64,000 bases of DNA from an uncultured Candidatus Cloacimonadota bacterium (GTDB taxonomy: Bacteria > Cloacimonadota > Cloacimonadia > Cloacimonadales > TCS61). The notes beneath the pieces are model-generated. The model was not told the origin of the DNA. It was given only the letters and a program-made list of their open reading frames with translations, and did not search any database. Both the position numbers and the translations under genes were made by a program. Below, piece after piece: positions 1 to 11,800 of the stretch; position 1 is the stretch's first letter; each line of letters opens with the position of its first letter. The DNA is taken from NCBI GenBank assembly GCA_964521025.1, contig CAZFPK010000001.1:92845-156844 (forward strand). The letters are read 5' to 3'.

Positions 1-1
1 G

Positions 2-826
2 TTTATCCTTTATTTTCCAATCAATAATAATATCTTTCATCGGACGCGTCGGTAAAAGATGAAAATCTGCTCTGACCAATCTCCAGCCGTTGCATAATTG
101 CCCGAAATTCAGAACATAAAATCCTTTATCTTCATCCATTTCCTGGAAGGAAGTGCGTTCCGTTGAACCGGAATAAATGACCGGAATCTGTTTCTTATCC
201 TTCCGGAACCAGATAATCTGCTGACGATGGATATGACCGGACAGCAGACAATGAAAATCATCAGGAATATCTTTTCCGCTGATCACATCTTCCCCGCTCC
301 GAAATGTATAATTCTTAACTTTCGATCCCTCGACAGCATGATGAAAACAGAGAAGTCTAATATCGGAATAATTTTTGTTCCATTCTGTCTGTCCGATGAT
401 ATTCTTAAAATTATCCCGTACATTATTCCTTTCATATGGAAATCCGGAAACTCCAAATCTGATTCCTTTTATCTCGAGGAAAAAAGTTTGAGGTTTTTCA
501 AAAATATAAATACTCGGATGTCTCGTCAAAATCGATTGTGGCAGTCTCGATCTTTCATGATTGCCGGGAACAATGAAGAATGGAATTCCATTTTCTGCAA
601 ATTCAAAAAGGATTTCGTAAGATTTTGTTACGATTTGCTGCGGAACTTTACTGCGAAAGAAAAAATCTCCGCCGTGAATGATCAGTTCAATCTTATTTTC
701 AAGCGAATAATTCAGTACTCTCCTAAAATTATTAAAGAAATCCTCTCCTCTCCGTCTGCGCTCGATGCGGGGACGGATCGGAAAATCAAAACCAAGGTGA
801 GTATCCGAAAAAAATAAAATTTTCAT
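2..826 (-). CDS. SbcD/Mre11-like metallophosphoesterase (DNA repair exonuclease), 3' end runs off the window; absent from the ORF track
   Basis: Manual translation from ATG 826: MKILFFSDTHLG...IIHGGDFF...VPGNHE...LSGHIH...YSGSTER, i.e. DxH, GD, GNHE and GHxH motifs. Confidence 0.85.
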   Translation of the reverse strand, partial: MKILFFSDTHLGFDFPIRPRIERRRRGEDFFNNFRRVLNYSLENKIELIIHGGDFFFRSKVPQQIVTKSYEILFEFAENGIPFFIVPGNHERSRLPQSILTRHPSIYIFEKPQTFFLEIKGIRFGVSGFPYERNNVRDNFKNIIGQTEWNKNYSDIRLLCFHHAVEGSKVKNYTFRSGEDVISGKDIPDDFHCLLSGHIHRQQIIWFRKDKKQIPVIYSGSTERTSFQEMDEDKGFYVLNFGQLCNGWRLVRADFHLLPTRPMKDIIIDWKIKDK

Positions 827-838
827 TTTTATTATTCG

Positions 839-912
839 ATGTCATCCTGAGTGTAGTCGAAGGATCTATTCATATCGATTTAATTTATCCTCGACTACGC
901 TCATACTGACAA
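839..912. repeat. REP-like inverted-repeat doublet (GTCATCCTGAG..GTCGAAGGA / TCCTCGAC..CTCA..TGAC)
   Basis: Imperfect inverted repeat visible in the intergenic sequence. Confidence 0.65.
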
Positions 913-1050
913 CTCTTATAGTTTTCAATTAGAAAATTAAGGCAAATTTCTTTAATTTCCCGAACCTTTATCCAAAAATATTCTATATAAAATTATGTGA
1001 AGAAAATTTTTTATTTGCTTCTATCGATTATTATATTATCTTTTCAAGCG

Positions 1051-1067
1051 TTGAGAATGATTCTCAA
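1051..1067 (+). promoter_or_regulatory. Fur-box-like operator
   Basis: Perfect 8-1-8 palindrome TTGAGAAT-G-ATTCTCAA just upstream of the AAGGAGG RBS of 1086. Confidence 0.6.
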
Positions 1068-1085
1068 AAACAAAAAGGAGGTTTC

Positions 1086-1535
1086 ATGCAGAGAATAACT
1101 CTAATTTCACTGCTGTCCTTATTCTTTATTCCGCTTTTTTCAGAAATTATGATCATCGAAACAACCACTCAAACTTACGAGATCGATATTTCCGAAATTG
1201 CGAATATTGAATTTACCGACATCACGGATGTGGAAAGTCTGGAAATTATGAACCGGATCAATTTTAAATTGGAGCAGAATTTTCCCAATCCCTTCAATCC
1301 GCAAACAAATTTCAGTTTTACTTTGAAATCGGATGGATCGACTAAACTCGAAATCTATAATTTGAAAGGGCAAAAAGTTAAAACTCTGGTCGATCACAAC
1401 CTGAACAAAGGCGATCATACTATTGCCTGGAACGGAACCGATGAGAATAACAAAAAAGTCTCATCAGGGTTGTATTTATACAAACTGACCCTCGACGGTC
1501 AGACCAAATCCAAAAAAATGATAATGATCAAATAA
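1086..1535 (+). CDS. Small secreted protein with FlgD-Ig / T9SS type-A-like C-terminal domain
   Basis: Signal peptide; QNFPNPFNP..EIYNLKGQKVKTLV..WNGTD..VSSGLYLYKL..KKMIMIK. Confidence 0.85.
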   Translation: MQRITLISLLSLFFIPLFSEIMIIETTTQTYEIDISEIANIEFTDITDVESLEIMNRINFKLEQNFPNPFNPQTNFSFTLKSDGSTKLEIYNLKGQKVKTLVDHNLNKGDHTIAWNGTDENNKKVSSGLYLYKLTLDGQTKSKKMIMIK

Positions 1536-1544
1536 GGAGGAAAA

Positions 1545-2126
1545 ATGCGTAACTCAATAATAATTTTAATTTTAGTAACAATTGCTGCAACAATTTTTGC
1601 AGCAGATATGGTGATCAACAAAACAGATGGAACCGAAATCGTGATCCCGATCTTAGAAATCGAAGATATAACTTTTACGACAACGACCTGGAACGAAGTA
1701 ATCGTCGATGGTATTACTTTCCAATGGATGACAGATGATGAAGATCTTTACGGTATGGTAACTGCCCCGACTTCCGGTTGGGTTGCGGTTGGTTTCGATC
1801 CAACTAACCAGATGCAGAATGCTAACATTATCATCGGTTATGTTGATGTGAACGGAATGGTGAATATCAGGGATGACTGGGGCATTTCCGCAACATCTCA
1901 TGCATCCGATACTTCTTTGGGAGGAACTGATAATGTGATGGAACCTGCTGGTGAAGAAGGCGGAGCATCGACTATGATCAGTTTCAAAATTCCTTTGAAT
2001 TCCGGAGATCAATACGATCGCGTCCTGGTTACTGGAAATACTTATACGATCATACTTGCCTACGGTTCAGTAGATAATTTCACAAGTTTTCATACATTAG
2101 CAACTTTTACGGAGATTGAGTTGTAA
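1545..2126 (+). CDS. Secreted DOMON-domain protein
   Basis: Signal peptide; GWVAVGF..MQNANIIIGYV..D and C-terminal FH typical of DOMON. Confidence 0.8.
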   Translation: MRNSIIILILVTIAATIFAADMVINKTDGTEIVIPILEIEDITFTTTTWNEVIVDGITFQWMTDDEDLYGMVTAPTSGWVAVGFDPTNQMQNANIIIGYVDVNGMVNIRDDWGISATSHASDTSLGGTDNVMEPAGEEGGASTMISFKIPLNSGDQYDRVLVTGNTYTIILAYGSVDNFTSFHTLATFTEIEL

Positions 2127-2136
2127 TAATAAAATT

Positions 2137-2247
2137 TGTCATTCTGAGGTTTCTTATAAAAGAATTCTAACGAAGAATCTACGGCGAGATAATAATACAC
2201 AATTGCAGATTCCTCGAAAGAAATAGTAAGAGATCTCGGAATTACAA
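2137..2247. repeat. REP-like doublet TGTCATTC(T/C)GAG..GAATCT / AGATTCCTC..CTCGGAATTACA; related half-copies near 48886 and 58648
   Basis: Inverted termini and recurrence within the window. Confidence 0.6.
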
Positions 2248-2261
2248 CAATGCTAACCTGA

Positions 2262-2486
2262 ATGAAAATGAAATTCTTAAATTTTTTTTTGTTTTAGTAA
2301 TGTTCTAACATTTCCCACTTCGTTTTCGATCGGTTAGATGATTGAAAACGAAGTGGGAAATGTTAATAATACTTTTAATAGAATTCTATTGGAAGGTAAT
2401 ACTTATTCAGTAATTCTTGCTTACTGCTCGAGCGATGATTTTGATTCAATTCAACAAGTAAAAGAAAATATAAGCATTGAATTAAA
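2262..2486 (+). pseudogene. Remnant of a second DOMON gene (signal-peptide-like start, hairpin, C-terminal fragment)
   Basis: NRILLEGNTYSVILAYCSSDDFDS..SIEL aligns with DRVLVTGNTYTIILAYGSVDNFTS..EIEL of 1545-2126. Confidence 0.65.
2306..2365. repeat. 22-bp perfect inverted repeat
   Basis: TAACATTTCCCACTTCGTTTTC ... GAAAACGAAGTGGGAAATGTTA. Confidence 0.9.
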
Positions 2487-2584
2487 ACCTGGTTTTTTGC
2501 AGCAAAATCCGGATTTTTTTCCTTTACCAGATTTTGTTTGACAATAATTAGACATCTTTCATTTCCTCCTTCGAGGTTTAATGA

Positions 2585-3163
2585 ATGAAGCAGATTAGTA
2601 GCATTATTATCATTTTTATCCATCTTATTTTTATAAAGACTTACTCATCTGAAATATCCATTCCTTTTGGATCCAACATCCTTCCTAATGGAAAGTTTTC
2701 AAAAAACGAATGGACCGACGCTGATTCCTGTCTTTTAGGAGATTCCATTAAATTCTGCCTTAAGCTAGATGAGGAATTTGTTTATCTCGCTTTGAAGTTC
2801 CTTCAAGAAAAACATACCGGAATCGATCTCTATCTTGCTGATTCTGAAACTAACTTGAAAAACCTGCATATTTCATCGGCGCTTGGAGAAAGGAATTTCA
2901 AAGATAATAAGTGGGAAAAATTTGTTTGGGGGGAGAATATCTTCTGCATGGGAAATAGCATTGGATCTGTTTTTGCAGATGGGAAAATGACATATCTCGA
3001 TCCGGATGGATTTGAATTTCAGATTGACAAAACAATGTTTAAGAGAAAAACTTGGTTTTTGAGAATTCATTTGAAAAGACCGGAATATATTTTCCCGATC
3101 AGTACTGAAAATAATAATATTGAGAATTGGTTTTGGATAAATTTGGAGAAGGCAATTGAATAG
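2585..3163 (+). CDS. Hypothetical secreted protein, possibly CBM9/DOMON-like fold
   Basis: Signal peptide; NGKFSKNEW, DEEFVYLAL, FEFQI. Confidence 0.55.
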   Translation: MKQISSIIIIFIHLIFIKTYSSEISIPFGSNILPNGKFSKNEWTDADSCLLGDSIKFCLKLDEEFVYLALKFLQEKHTGIDLYLADSETNLKNLHISSALGERNFKDNKWEKFVWGENIFCMGNSIGSVFADGKMTYLDPDGFEFQIDKTMFKRKTWFLRIHLKRPEYIFPISTENNNIENWFWINLEKAIE

Positions 3164-3623
3164 AAAAGAACAAGTCATAAACACATATTCTCAGGGTTTT
3201 AATTGTACTCAATCGGTTCTTTCCGTATTTTCGGAAAGATTCGGGATAGATTTGTCCGCTGCTCTGAAAATAGGTAGTGCATTCGGCGGAGGTTATGCCC
3301 AAACAGGAAAGATCTGCGGCGTCATAACAGGAGCATTAATGGTTTTAGGTTTGAAATATCCCAGACTCGCACCGGAAAACGAAGAGCAGAAAGAAAGGAT
3401 TTATAATCTCGCAGCCGATTTTATCGAAAATTTCCAGCAGAGAAATAAAAATTATACTTTTTGCCGTGATTTATTGGAATATGATGTCAGCACCGAAGAA
3501 GGAAGATTATCGGCAAAAGAAAATAACGCACGAAAAAAGTGTGAGAAATATGTTCAGGATGCAGTTGAAATTTTAGAAGAGATGTTTTTTCGGGGTTATA
3601 ATGAGTTTAATTATCGGAAATGA
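3156..3623 (+). CDS. C_GCAxxG_C_C family putative redox protein
   Basis: FNCTQSV, GKICGVITG, FCRDL, CEKYV; TTG start overlapping the upstream gene. Confidence 0.85.
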   Translation: MNRKEQVINTYSQGFNCTQSVLSVFSERFGIDLSAALKIGSAFGGGYAQTGKICGVITGALMVLGLKYPRLAPENEEQKERIYNLAADFIENFQQRNKNYTFCRDLLEYDVSTEEGRLSAKENNARKKCEKYVQDAVEILEEMFFRGYNEFNYRK

Positions 3624-4248
3624 ATCTTTCACTCCAACCAGGATTTTCTGTATCGGTAGAAATTATGTCGAACATGCAAAAGAACTGGAAAATAAAATTC
3701 CAACCAAACCGGTGATTTTTATGAAACCTTTTACCAGTCTTGTTCCGGATGGATGCAAAATCCAATATCCAAAACATGGGAAAGACCTGCATTATGAAGC
3801 GGAACTTGTTGTTGTGGTCGGAAAAGAAGGTCAACCATCAAGTCTTGATCAGGTTATATCGTTTATCAAAGGAATTTCTATAGGACTCGATCTGACTTTG
3901 CGAGACATTCAAAATGATCTGAAGAAAAAAGGACTTCCCTGGGAAGTCTCCAAGTCTTTTGAGCAAAGTGCTGCTGTCGGTTTATTTGTTCAGGTTTCGC
4001 AAAATGAAGATTTAGAAAAAATCGAATTCAAATGTTTCGTAAATAGAAAATTAAGACAAATTGGAAATTCCAAAAATATGATCTTTCCAATAAAAAAAAT
4101 CGTTTTTGAAATATCAAGAATCTGGAATCTCCTTCCTGGTGATTTGATCTATACCGGGACACCGAAAGGAGTCGGTTCTTTAAATAATGGAGATGTTATA
4201 ACGGTTGAAAGTGAACTAATCGGTTCGTTTAATTGGAAAATAATATAA
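3601..4248 (+). CDS. Fumarylacetoacetate hydrolase family protein
   Basis: CIGRNYVEHAKE, HYEAEL, DLTLRD, GDLIYTGTP. Confidence 0.92.
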   Translation: MSLIIGNESFTPTRIFCIGRNYVEHAKELENKIPTKPVIFMKPFTSLVPDGCKIQYPKHGKDLHYEAELVVVVGKEGQPSSLDQVISFIKGISIGLDLTLRDIQNDLKKKGLPWEVSKSFEQSAAVGLFVQVSQNEDLEKIEFKCFVNRKLRQIGNSKNMIFPIKKIVFEISRIWNLLPGDLIYTGTPKGVGSLNNGDVITVESELIGSFNWKII

Positions 4249-4283
4249 AAATTTGAGTTTTTTTTTAGAAAAAAGGAGTAAGA

Positions 4284-5072
4284 ATGAATAAAGAAGTGAA
4301 CATTTTAGCTATTATCGGCAGTCCGCGCAAAGGTAATACTTATAAAATCTGTCAATCATTCGAGGATAAAGTTACAAAAATAGATCCTACTATTTCGATC
4401 GAATATCTTTTTCTCAAAGATAAAAATATCAAGATATGTCGCGGATGTCATGTTTGTCTGTTGAAAGGGGGAGAATTTTGTCCCCTCAAAGATGATATTC
4501 CCGAGATAATCAACCTGTTAAAAGAAGTAGATGGTTTTATCGTTACATCTCCGGGTTACAGTCAGCATGTTCCGGCAATTATGAAAAATTTCATCGACCG
4601 GCTGACCTATATTTGTCATACTCCCTTATTTCATGAAAAAATCGCAGTAACTCTGGCAACTGTAGCCGGCATGGGATTAAAACCGACTCTGAAGTACATC
4701 TCTCTTATTACATCCTGCTGGGGAACACAAGTGATCGGAAGTCTGGGAGTAATGATGGATTACCTGGATAATGTTCCGAAATATAGAACAAAGACCGAGA
4801 AAGAATTGGAAACTCTCGCGCGGAAATTCTGTCGGCAATTAAGATCTGAGAAAAAACCTGTTCCAACCTTGAACGATATGATCGTCTTCGTTTCTTTACG
4901 AGAGGAGACCAGGTTCAGTCCGCTATTTTACAAATATTGGAAAGATATGGGCTGGACAAAGATGGATTACTACTACAAAGTGCGGATTAATCCTTTGAAG
5001 TTACTATTTGCCAGGTTGATGGGATATTTTATCAAAAAGGAAATGGAAAAAGTATTGCAGGTTAAATCTTGA
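4284..5072 (+). CDS. Flavodoxin-fold NADPH-dependent FMN reductase / iron-sulfur flavoprotein
   Basis: GSPRKGNT, CRGCHVC..CP, MKNFIDR. Confidence 0.85.
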   Translation: MNKEVNILAIIGSPRKGNTYKICQSFEDKVTKIDPTISIEYLFLKDKNIKICRGCHVCLLKGGEFCPLKDDIPEIINLLKEVDGFIVTSPGYSQHVPAIMKNFIDRLTYICHTPLFHEKIAVTLATVAGMGLKPTLKYISLITSCWGTQVIGSLGVMMDYLDNVPKYRTKTEKELETLARKFCRQLRSEKKPVPTLNDMIVFVSLREETRFSPLFYKYWKDMGWTKMDYYYKVRINPLKLLFARLMGYFIKKEMEKVLQVKS

Positions 5073-5095
5073 TTTTATTTTTGTAAGAGATTTTA

Positions 5096-5617
5096 TTATT
5101 GGATAGTAAGAGATCCATTCCTTTTATCAGGATCATCAGCACCAGCGATCGTATTACCGTTTTCATCGATCAAACTGATATTCTGAAATTCAAGAGTACT
5201 CGTTCCGCTGCTATCTGCTGTTAATTCATAAGTAAATAAAGTATCACTTCCTGTTTCGTTGACATCGCTTATATAAAAAATAGCAACATTTAAAATTCCG
5301 GATTCTCCTATGATTAATTTCTGAGTCTCTCCTGTCCAGAAACTACCAACTTCAACAGAATCTTCTTCAGGACTCTTTATTAATGTGCTGTCAAAAACAA
5401 TCTCCATCGACATACCATGAAGGTCTGGAGCATTTTCGCCGGCATTTTCGATCAAGACGGAAAATTCCGCTGTATCTCCTATAGCAATTATTAGAGAATC
5501 AGGTTCCATTTTTAAGATCAAGTTATCGTCTGGAGGTGGAACAGGTGGATCATCTTTAGAACAAGAAAATATCCCACTAAAAATAATCACTGTTAAAAAC
5601 AAAAAAAATCTATTCAT
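5096..5617 (-). CDS. Cohesin-domain lipoprotein
   Basis: Lipobox IFSC, Pro linker, beta-sandwich pattern GDTAEFSVLIEN..EIVFD..GTSTLEF. Confidence 0.7.
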   Translation of the reverse strand: MNRFFLFLTVIIFSGIFSCSKDDPPVPPPDDNLILKMEPDSLIIAIGDTAEFSVLIENAGENAPDLHGMSMEIVFDSTLIKSPEEDSVEVGSFWTGETQKLIIGESGILNVAIFYISDVNETGSDTLFTYELTADSSGTSTLEFQNISLIDENGNTIAGADDPDKRNGSLTIQ

Positions 5618-5764
5618 AAAATCCTTCTTCTTTATTTTATTTTCTATTTTTTAAATATTTTTCAGTAATTTTATGTCAATGAATTTATAGAGTATTTCAA
5701 AACTTATTTCACATTCAGAGGTAAATAAGAGATGCAGCAGCAGGTATAGAAATTTTGAGATACA

Positions 5765-5799
5765 AAAAATGCCATCCTTCATAAAAAGGATGGCATTTT
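5765..5799 (-). terminator. Intrinsic terminator after the S8 protease gene
   Basis: AAAATGCCATCCTT / AAGGATGGCATTTT stem with T-tract. Confidence 0.85.
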
Positions 5800-5822
5800 A
5801 TCATTCAGGATACGATCCTGTT

Positions 5823-8800
5823 CTACTTCTTTCTTTCTTTTACTTCTTCATTCCCTAAAATCAAGGTCGGAACACAATTCCTGACAGCTGTAACCTGGTA
5901 GAACAATTTTGCTCCTGCAGGTTCGGAATAACTCGTAACCGGTGAAGTATCGGGAATTACTCCACTAAAATCATAAGGATCGGAAGATTTGTAGATGTTG
6001 AAGTAATCCACCGTTGTGGGATATGTCCAACTCAGCTCGATATTACCAGCATTTTCCTGGATTGTCAGATCATCGATTGCAGGAAGAGCATTCCAGGTAA
6101 TAGCATCCGGTCCCCAGATATTATTACCTTCATCCAATTCTAAAATATCTTCTTCCGTATCGACCTGAACATAAGAATCCCAGGATTCCGCAACATCATA
6201 AATAATATCGAATTCAACCTCCACAAAGTTACCGGCAGGAACACCAACATCGATCCATTCATACTGATCTCCAATATCATAGAGAGATGGCGGAGCTCCG
6301 GGATCGTAATAAATATCGACATAAAATCCATCACCAGCAGGAATATCGATATTTCCATTATTATAAACTGTAATGGTCGCAGTTATTTCATCACAGACAT
6401 AAGGATTCGCGTCGGTCCAGACGACATTGGTGATTTCTAAATCCGGTCCGAATCCATCCCAGTGAATTCTTTCAAAAGCATCATCTTCATACACTGGACC
6501 TGCAAAATCTCCGGTTGCATTGGTGAAGGTTACTTCTCCTTGATCGAAGGATTTCATCACATTACTTGCTCCTCCCCAGGTATTGGTCGGGAAAGAGACA
6601 TTGTCCGCAGTAAAGGTCTGGCCATTATCGATGCGCAGGAGAGTTCCACCGGGTTCTCCGTTTTGGAAAGTACAATTATTGAATGAATCCGTAGCATCGA
6701 CAATTGCTCCATTCTTGATGTAAACTCCATTTAAGGACATATATTGAAAAATCCCGAAATCAGCAATGATTGTTCCGCCACTTTCAATATTCAGATCGTA
6801 ATAATCCGAATGATGAGTTAAGATGGCTTCATTTCCGGCTGAACCGTTTAATTCCAATGTCCCACCATTATTAACAGTGAGAACATCTCCACCGCCAACT
6901 TCCAACCAGGCATTGTCATCGATAGAAAGGATTCCTCCATCATTTATGGTTACATCTCCGGTACATCTGAAGTAATGACCATTCAGATCGAGTGTTCCTT
7001 CATCGATGATGAGAGAAGCATTAGCTGAAGATACTACATCGGTTAATAAAGTAACCTGCATACTTCTGGAGTTTTCGTTTTCTCTAAATTCTGTTCCCGT
7101 AATTTTTTCTTTGTTGGAGTCAGATGAAATTATTCTGCTAACAGTTTTATCGATCAGGACATCATGAAAACTACCATCTGTTGTCGGAGGATCGAAGGTA
7201 ACATCTTGATCAGCAGTACCTTTGAAAACAATTGTATTGTAGGTTGTATCTCCAATCCAACCAGCTCCTGCTGCCACAGTGAAATCTCCTTGAACATAAT
7301 GCGTTAGATAAGGTGTATTATCTTGCCATGAGCCATCATTGATCGTCAAGTCATCATAAACCTGAACATTGTCCCAGGATCTAAAATTTCCACCGGAATT
7401 ATCGATTACCAGGTCATAAAAATCCTCTTGAGCACAACCGGTAGTAAGGAACTGATCAGCAGCACCATCGAAAGTAACGGTCGAAGTTCCGGGGTTAAAT
7501 CCGATATAGGAATCATAAGTGATATTATTATTAGTCCAGTCACCTCCAACTGAAATATTCAATCCTGTACCATAGTAAGCACTCAAGCCGGCATCGAGGG
7601 CAATAGTCAAATCATTGCCGATATGCAAGGTCGAACCGATATTCATATCCAAAGTGCGGTTAAGTATATTCAAATCATTGGTAACATTAACTGTCCGGTA
7701 AGATTGAATTTCCACGGCTTCGACATGCGGGATGGTCTTATCTACAATTAGATTATAAAAAGTTTCATCAGTTTCTATATCAGAAAAGTCACCACCAAAG
7801 AAAGTAACGGTTTGTGTTCCTTCCAGAAATCCTAAATCTCCTACATTGTTGGTCCAATCTCCACCGACATCAATATCATGACCATTTGTATCAAGAGAAC
7901 CAGCATCTATAATTAAATCATTCTGAACGATCAGGTCATTATGTACATTGAACTCATTTGATCCATTGACCAACATGTTATAAAGATAATTCCCATTTGA
8001 ACAATGAATATATGTTAGTTCGATAAGTGCAGTGAATTCCATTGTTCCACCTGAAGGCTGGAATGTATTAAGTTCGTCAGCGAAAAATGTTCCACCGGTC
8101 CTGATAATTCCACCACTGATATTATCGATAAAAGAACTCTCAATGGCAATATGATTATTAGTTATCTCAAGCAAACCATCGCTTAAGTTTAATTCCCCGT
8201 AAAAATATTGCCAACCTCTAGATAACGGACCATCGCTGATAAATGTTCCGCTATCGATCGTCAAAATACCTGTGGCGGCAAGTTCAAACTCTCCGTGAAT
8301 AAGAACATCTCCTCCATCGATATTCAGTTCTCCATTTAGGGTGAAATCAGAGTTGTTGGTCATTGTTCCACCGACATCCTCAAGATACATTGTTCCTGTA
8401 TCTTCGATATCAAGAGTTCCTTCGATCAGCAGGTCACTTGTTTCAACCTGGAAAACATCATCTGCGGTAACTGTCATATCACCGGCAACGCGCATAGTCT
8501 CAGTGCTGGAAGAATGGATCCAGGTTGCCATCGAGGGCATATCGATAGTAAGATCACCAAATTCAGCATTAGAGTCCATACAATAGATGAATTGACTATC
8601 CGATCCATCAAAATAAACGGTATTTCCTGTTCCAAGTTGAGCATTTGTACCGTCATTAAATGTCCAGTCTCCGGAAACGAATATCTTGCCATCTGTCACA
8701 ATATCGGAAGACCCTGATTCCCAGACAATATCATTCACAATCAAAGTATCTTCAGGAAAAGACATATCCAGGATGTCCGAAATTGTCATTAGTTCATCGA

Positions 8801-11800
8801 CGATGACATTATATGTAACAAGTCTTAATCTACCTGCCACGATATTCATATTGTTGCAGTAGATGGTTGGTGCTGTACTTTCAGGACGCACCCAGGATGC
8901 AGCTGAATTGATCACGATATCATTGAAATAGTCATTTTCTTCGACAACTTGAACTGCACCAGGTGTTGTACCATTGAATGTAACTATAGAATTGGAACCT
9001 GCATCGAATCCTCCACTTGTATTAGAATCAAACCAATCTTCAACTACAGAAATATTTATTGTACCCGAATCATTAGCATTTAGAGTTGCACCATTACTAA
9101 TATTTAACTCATTGCCTATCGAAATGTTGGTTGGATTATTCAGTTCCATAGTTCCATCATAAAGTCTTAAATTATTGAGTATGGAAATATCCACTCCGTC
9201 ATCATCTCCGGAACCGGTTTCGAGTCCCATATAACCAGCATAAGTTTTATCCAAATGAAGATCATAAAAAGTCTCATTGGTGAGAATATCGGCAGCATTT
9301 GCTCCATCGAACACAACTTTTTGAGTTCCTTCGATGAATCCGGCATCTCCGACATTGTTTTCCCAATCTCCGGCTACATACAGGTCGAAACCATTAGTAT
9401 CAAAAATTCCGGCATCGATCACAAAATCTCCATTAATATCAAGATCGGTTGTCGCTGTAATTGTGTTTGCTCTTTCTCTTCGAGTGATGGTACCGTCTCT
9501 TTCTACAACTTCGATATACTGTTGTCTGGCATCTTCATTTCCTGATCGAGCAGATTTATTAATATGGATATCAAAGAAATTACTTCCTGCTCCCATACTC
9601 ATATTTCCGTCGGTTGTGCCGTAACATTCGATCGTTCCTCCGGTTGGATTGAAGTTCGTGATATTTCCCCTGAATCCTTCCGCGGTTCTGATCGTTCCTC
9701 CGGAAATAATATCGGTCAAAGTATTTCCATTGTCTTGGAGGTAAATTCCCTGATTGATGAAATCCAGAATTCCTCCATTCATAGTTATGGAAGCATCATT
9801 CGTATATGCCCAATAACTATCTAAAGAACCTCCATAAACATTGATTGTTCCTCCACCTGTAAAAGTTAAACTTCCTTCCAGATCGATCCACGAACTTCCA
9901 TCCTGGTGTAGATTTATCGTTCCACTGGTATTTACATAATAGCTGCCATAAAGTCCATTATCAGCCAGATCGTTGGCAGTAAATGTTCCGGACAACACAT
10001 CGAGAGCACCGCTGGTCCAATCATAAGAAGCACATGTTACGGTTGTTCCATTCAGCCTGAAAGCAGCGGATGGCTTATCTATCTCCAGGATATTGAATGT
10101 TTCGTTCGAGCAATATTGATGTCCGTCGCTGCCGTTAAAGATGACAGTTCCCGCACCTTCAACAAAACCACCGGCTCCGACATTATTCGTCCAGTCTCCA
10201 CCTAACTCTATCTGATAATCGTTTGTTACTAAAGCGCCGCTTTCGATCAAGAGATCATTATTCACATTTAGATTATCACTCAAGGAAGTATTTCCACTGG
10301 AACTGATGGTCAGGTTATTAAAATGATCACCGGCATTTGATGTTATGGAATGAGATGTTCCGTCAAAAACAAAAGTTCCGTATTCAAAATTAAAATGATT
10401 ATTGTTATAGAAATATCCTTGCAGGACAATCGAATAATGGGAATAACTGTTAAATTTTGCATTCGGATGGATATATAGATCTTCATGAATATTCAGGGTT
10501 TCATCGGATAATCCACTGACTGCTATATATGAACCTCCGGTTTTGTAACTTCCCAGATCGTTGAAGTAACAGTTTTCTTCGTAACTACGGATATATTTAT
10601 TATCACTTCCTGCAAAATCAACAATACCGTCATCTAAATGAACATTTGCACCACTCCTGAAATCCCAGTTTCCATAGACCCAAATAACTGCATTAGCTGA
10701 AATATCTGCAGTAGAGCCCGATTCCCAGATAACATCCTCATAAGCATAGAGCACTCCGGCAGCATCGTTCATTTCCAATTCACCCAGGATTGTAAAATCA
10801 CCATTTATCTCAAGAGTCTGGTCTCTTATTTCCAAAGCTGCTCCGGCTTCGATTTTCAGAGTATTACATTCTTCATCATAGATATCGACTCTTGGTGGAT
10901 AATAACCATTAGAAGTGATGAGAACATCTTCAGCAGGAAGAGGAATATGACCGAATGACCAGTTATTATCATTATGCCAGTAATAATTGTACGCTCCGGT
11001 CCAGGTATTGATTTCATGACTTTCCATACCTGAAACAATGAGAGAATAATCCTGTCCCGGTGCGATATTTCCTTCGTGTGAGATTTGAACTCTATAATAA
11101 CCGGCAGCCGGATTATCGATAAATACCTGCTCCACATTATCAATATCATTATCGCTATTTTGAGTAGCAGCGTTGGCAGGATTAGCAGGATCACACTGCC
11201 AGGGATAATAAGTAGTGGTCGGATATATTGAAAATATCCTCAAATCGAGATCATTTACCAGCATAACATCGTTCGGATCAACAGCAGCAGCTGGTGGAGT
11301 TCCGGCAGGATCTGTCCAGCAGATAGTAACATTGATATCTTCTGTTCCATCACAGTAATAATGATATTCTTCGGTTTCTCCATTGCTTAAATTATTTTCA
11401 TCGATAAGAGCACTCAAGGTATTATCCGCTGTAATTAAATCTACCGCTTCTTCGGAATTCATCAGCCCCCAACCGAACATGTAATCAGGACCATCGTTAG
11501 GACCGGCTTCGTCGGCAGTATTAATGATAAGTCCTTTCAAGGTTGCGGCGAGCATATAATCACCATTAAGGTTTTCATAATACTCCTGCAGGAGAGCAGC
11601 TGAACCGGCAGCAGCAGGAGAGGACATGGAAGTTCCTCCAACCCATTGATAATCGGTATTATTGTCATCATCAGTGGAGTATAACCAATCACCATCTGCC
11701 ACAATATCAGGTTTGATACGACCGTCATCACAAGGTCCCCAACTGGTGAAATCACTGGCAACAACATCTCCCGGAGCAGTCCAACCTCCGGGAATTTGTT

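Noticed and set aside
227-817. 196-aa + strand ORF
   Set aside because: Shadow of the minus-strand SbcD/Mre11-like gene, which carries clear motifs
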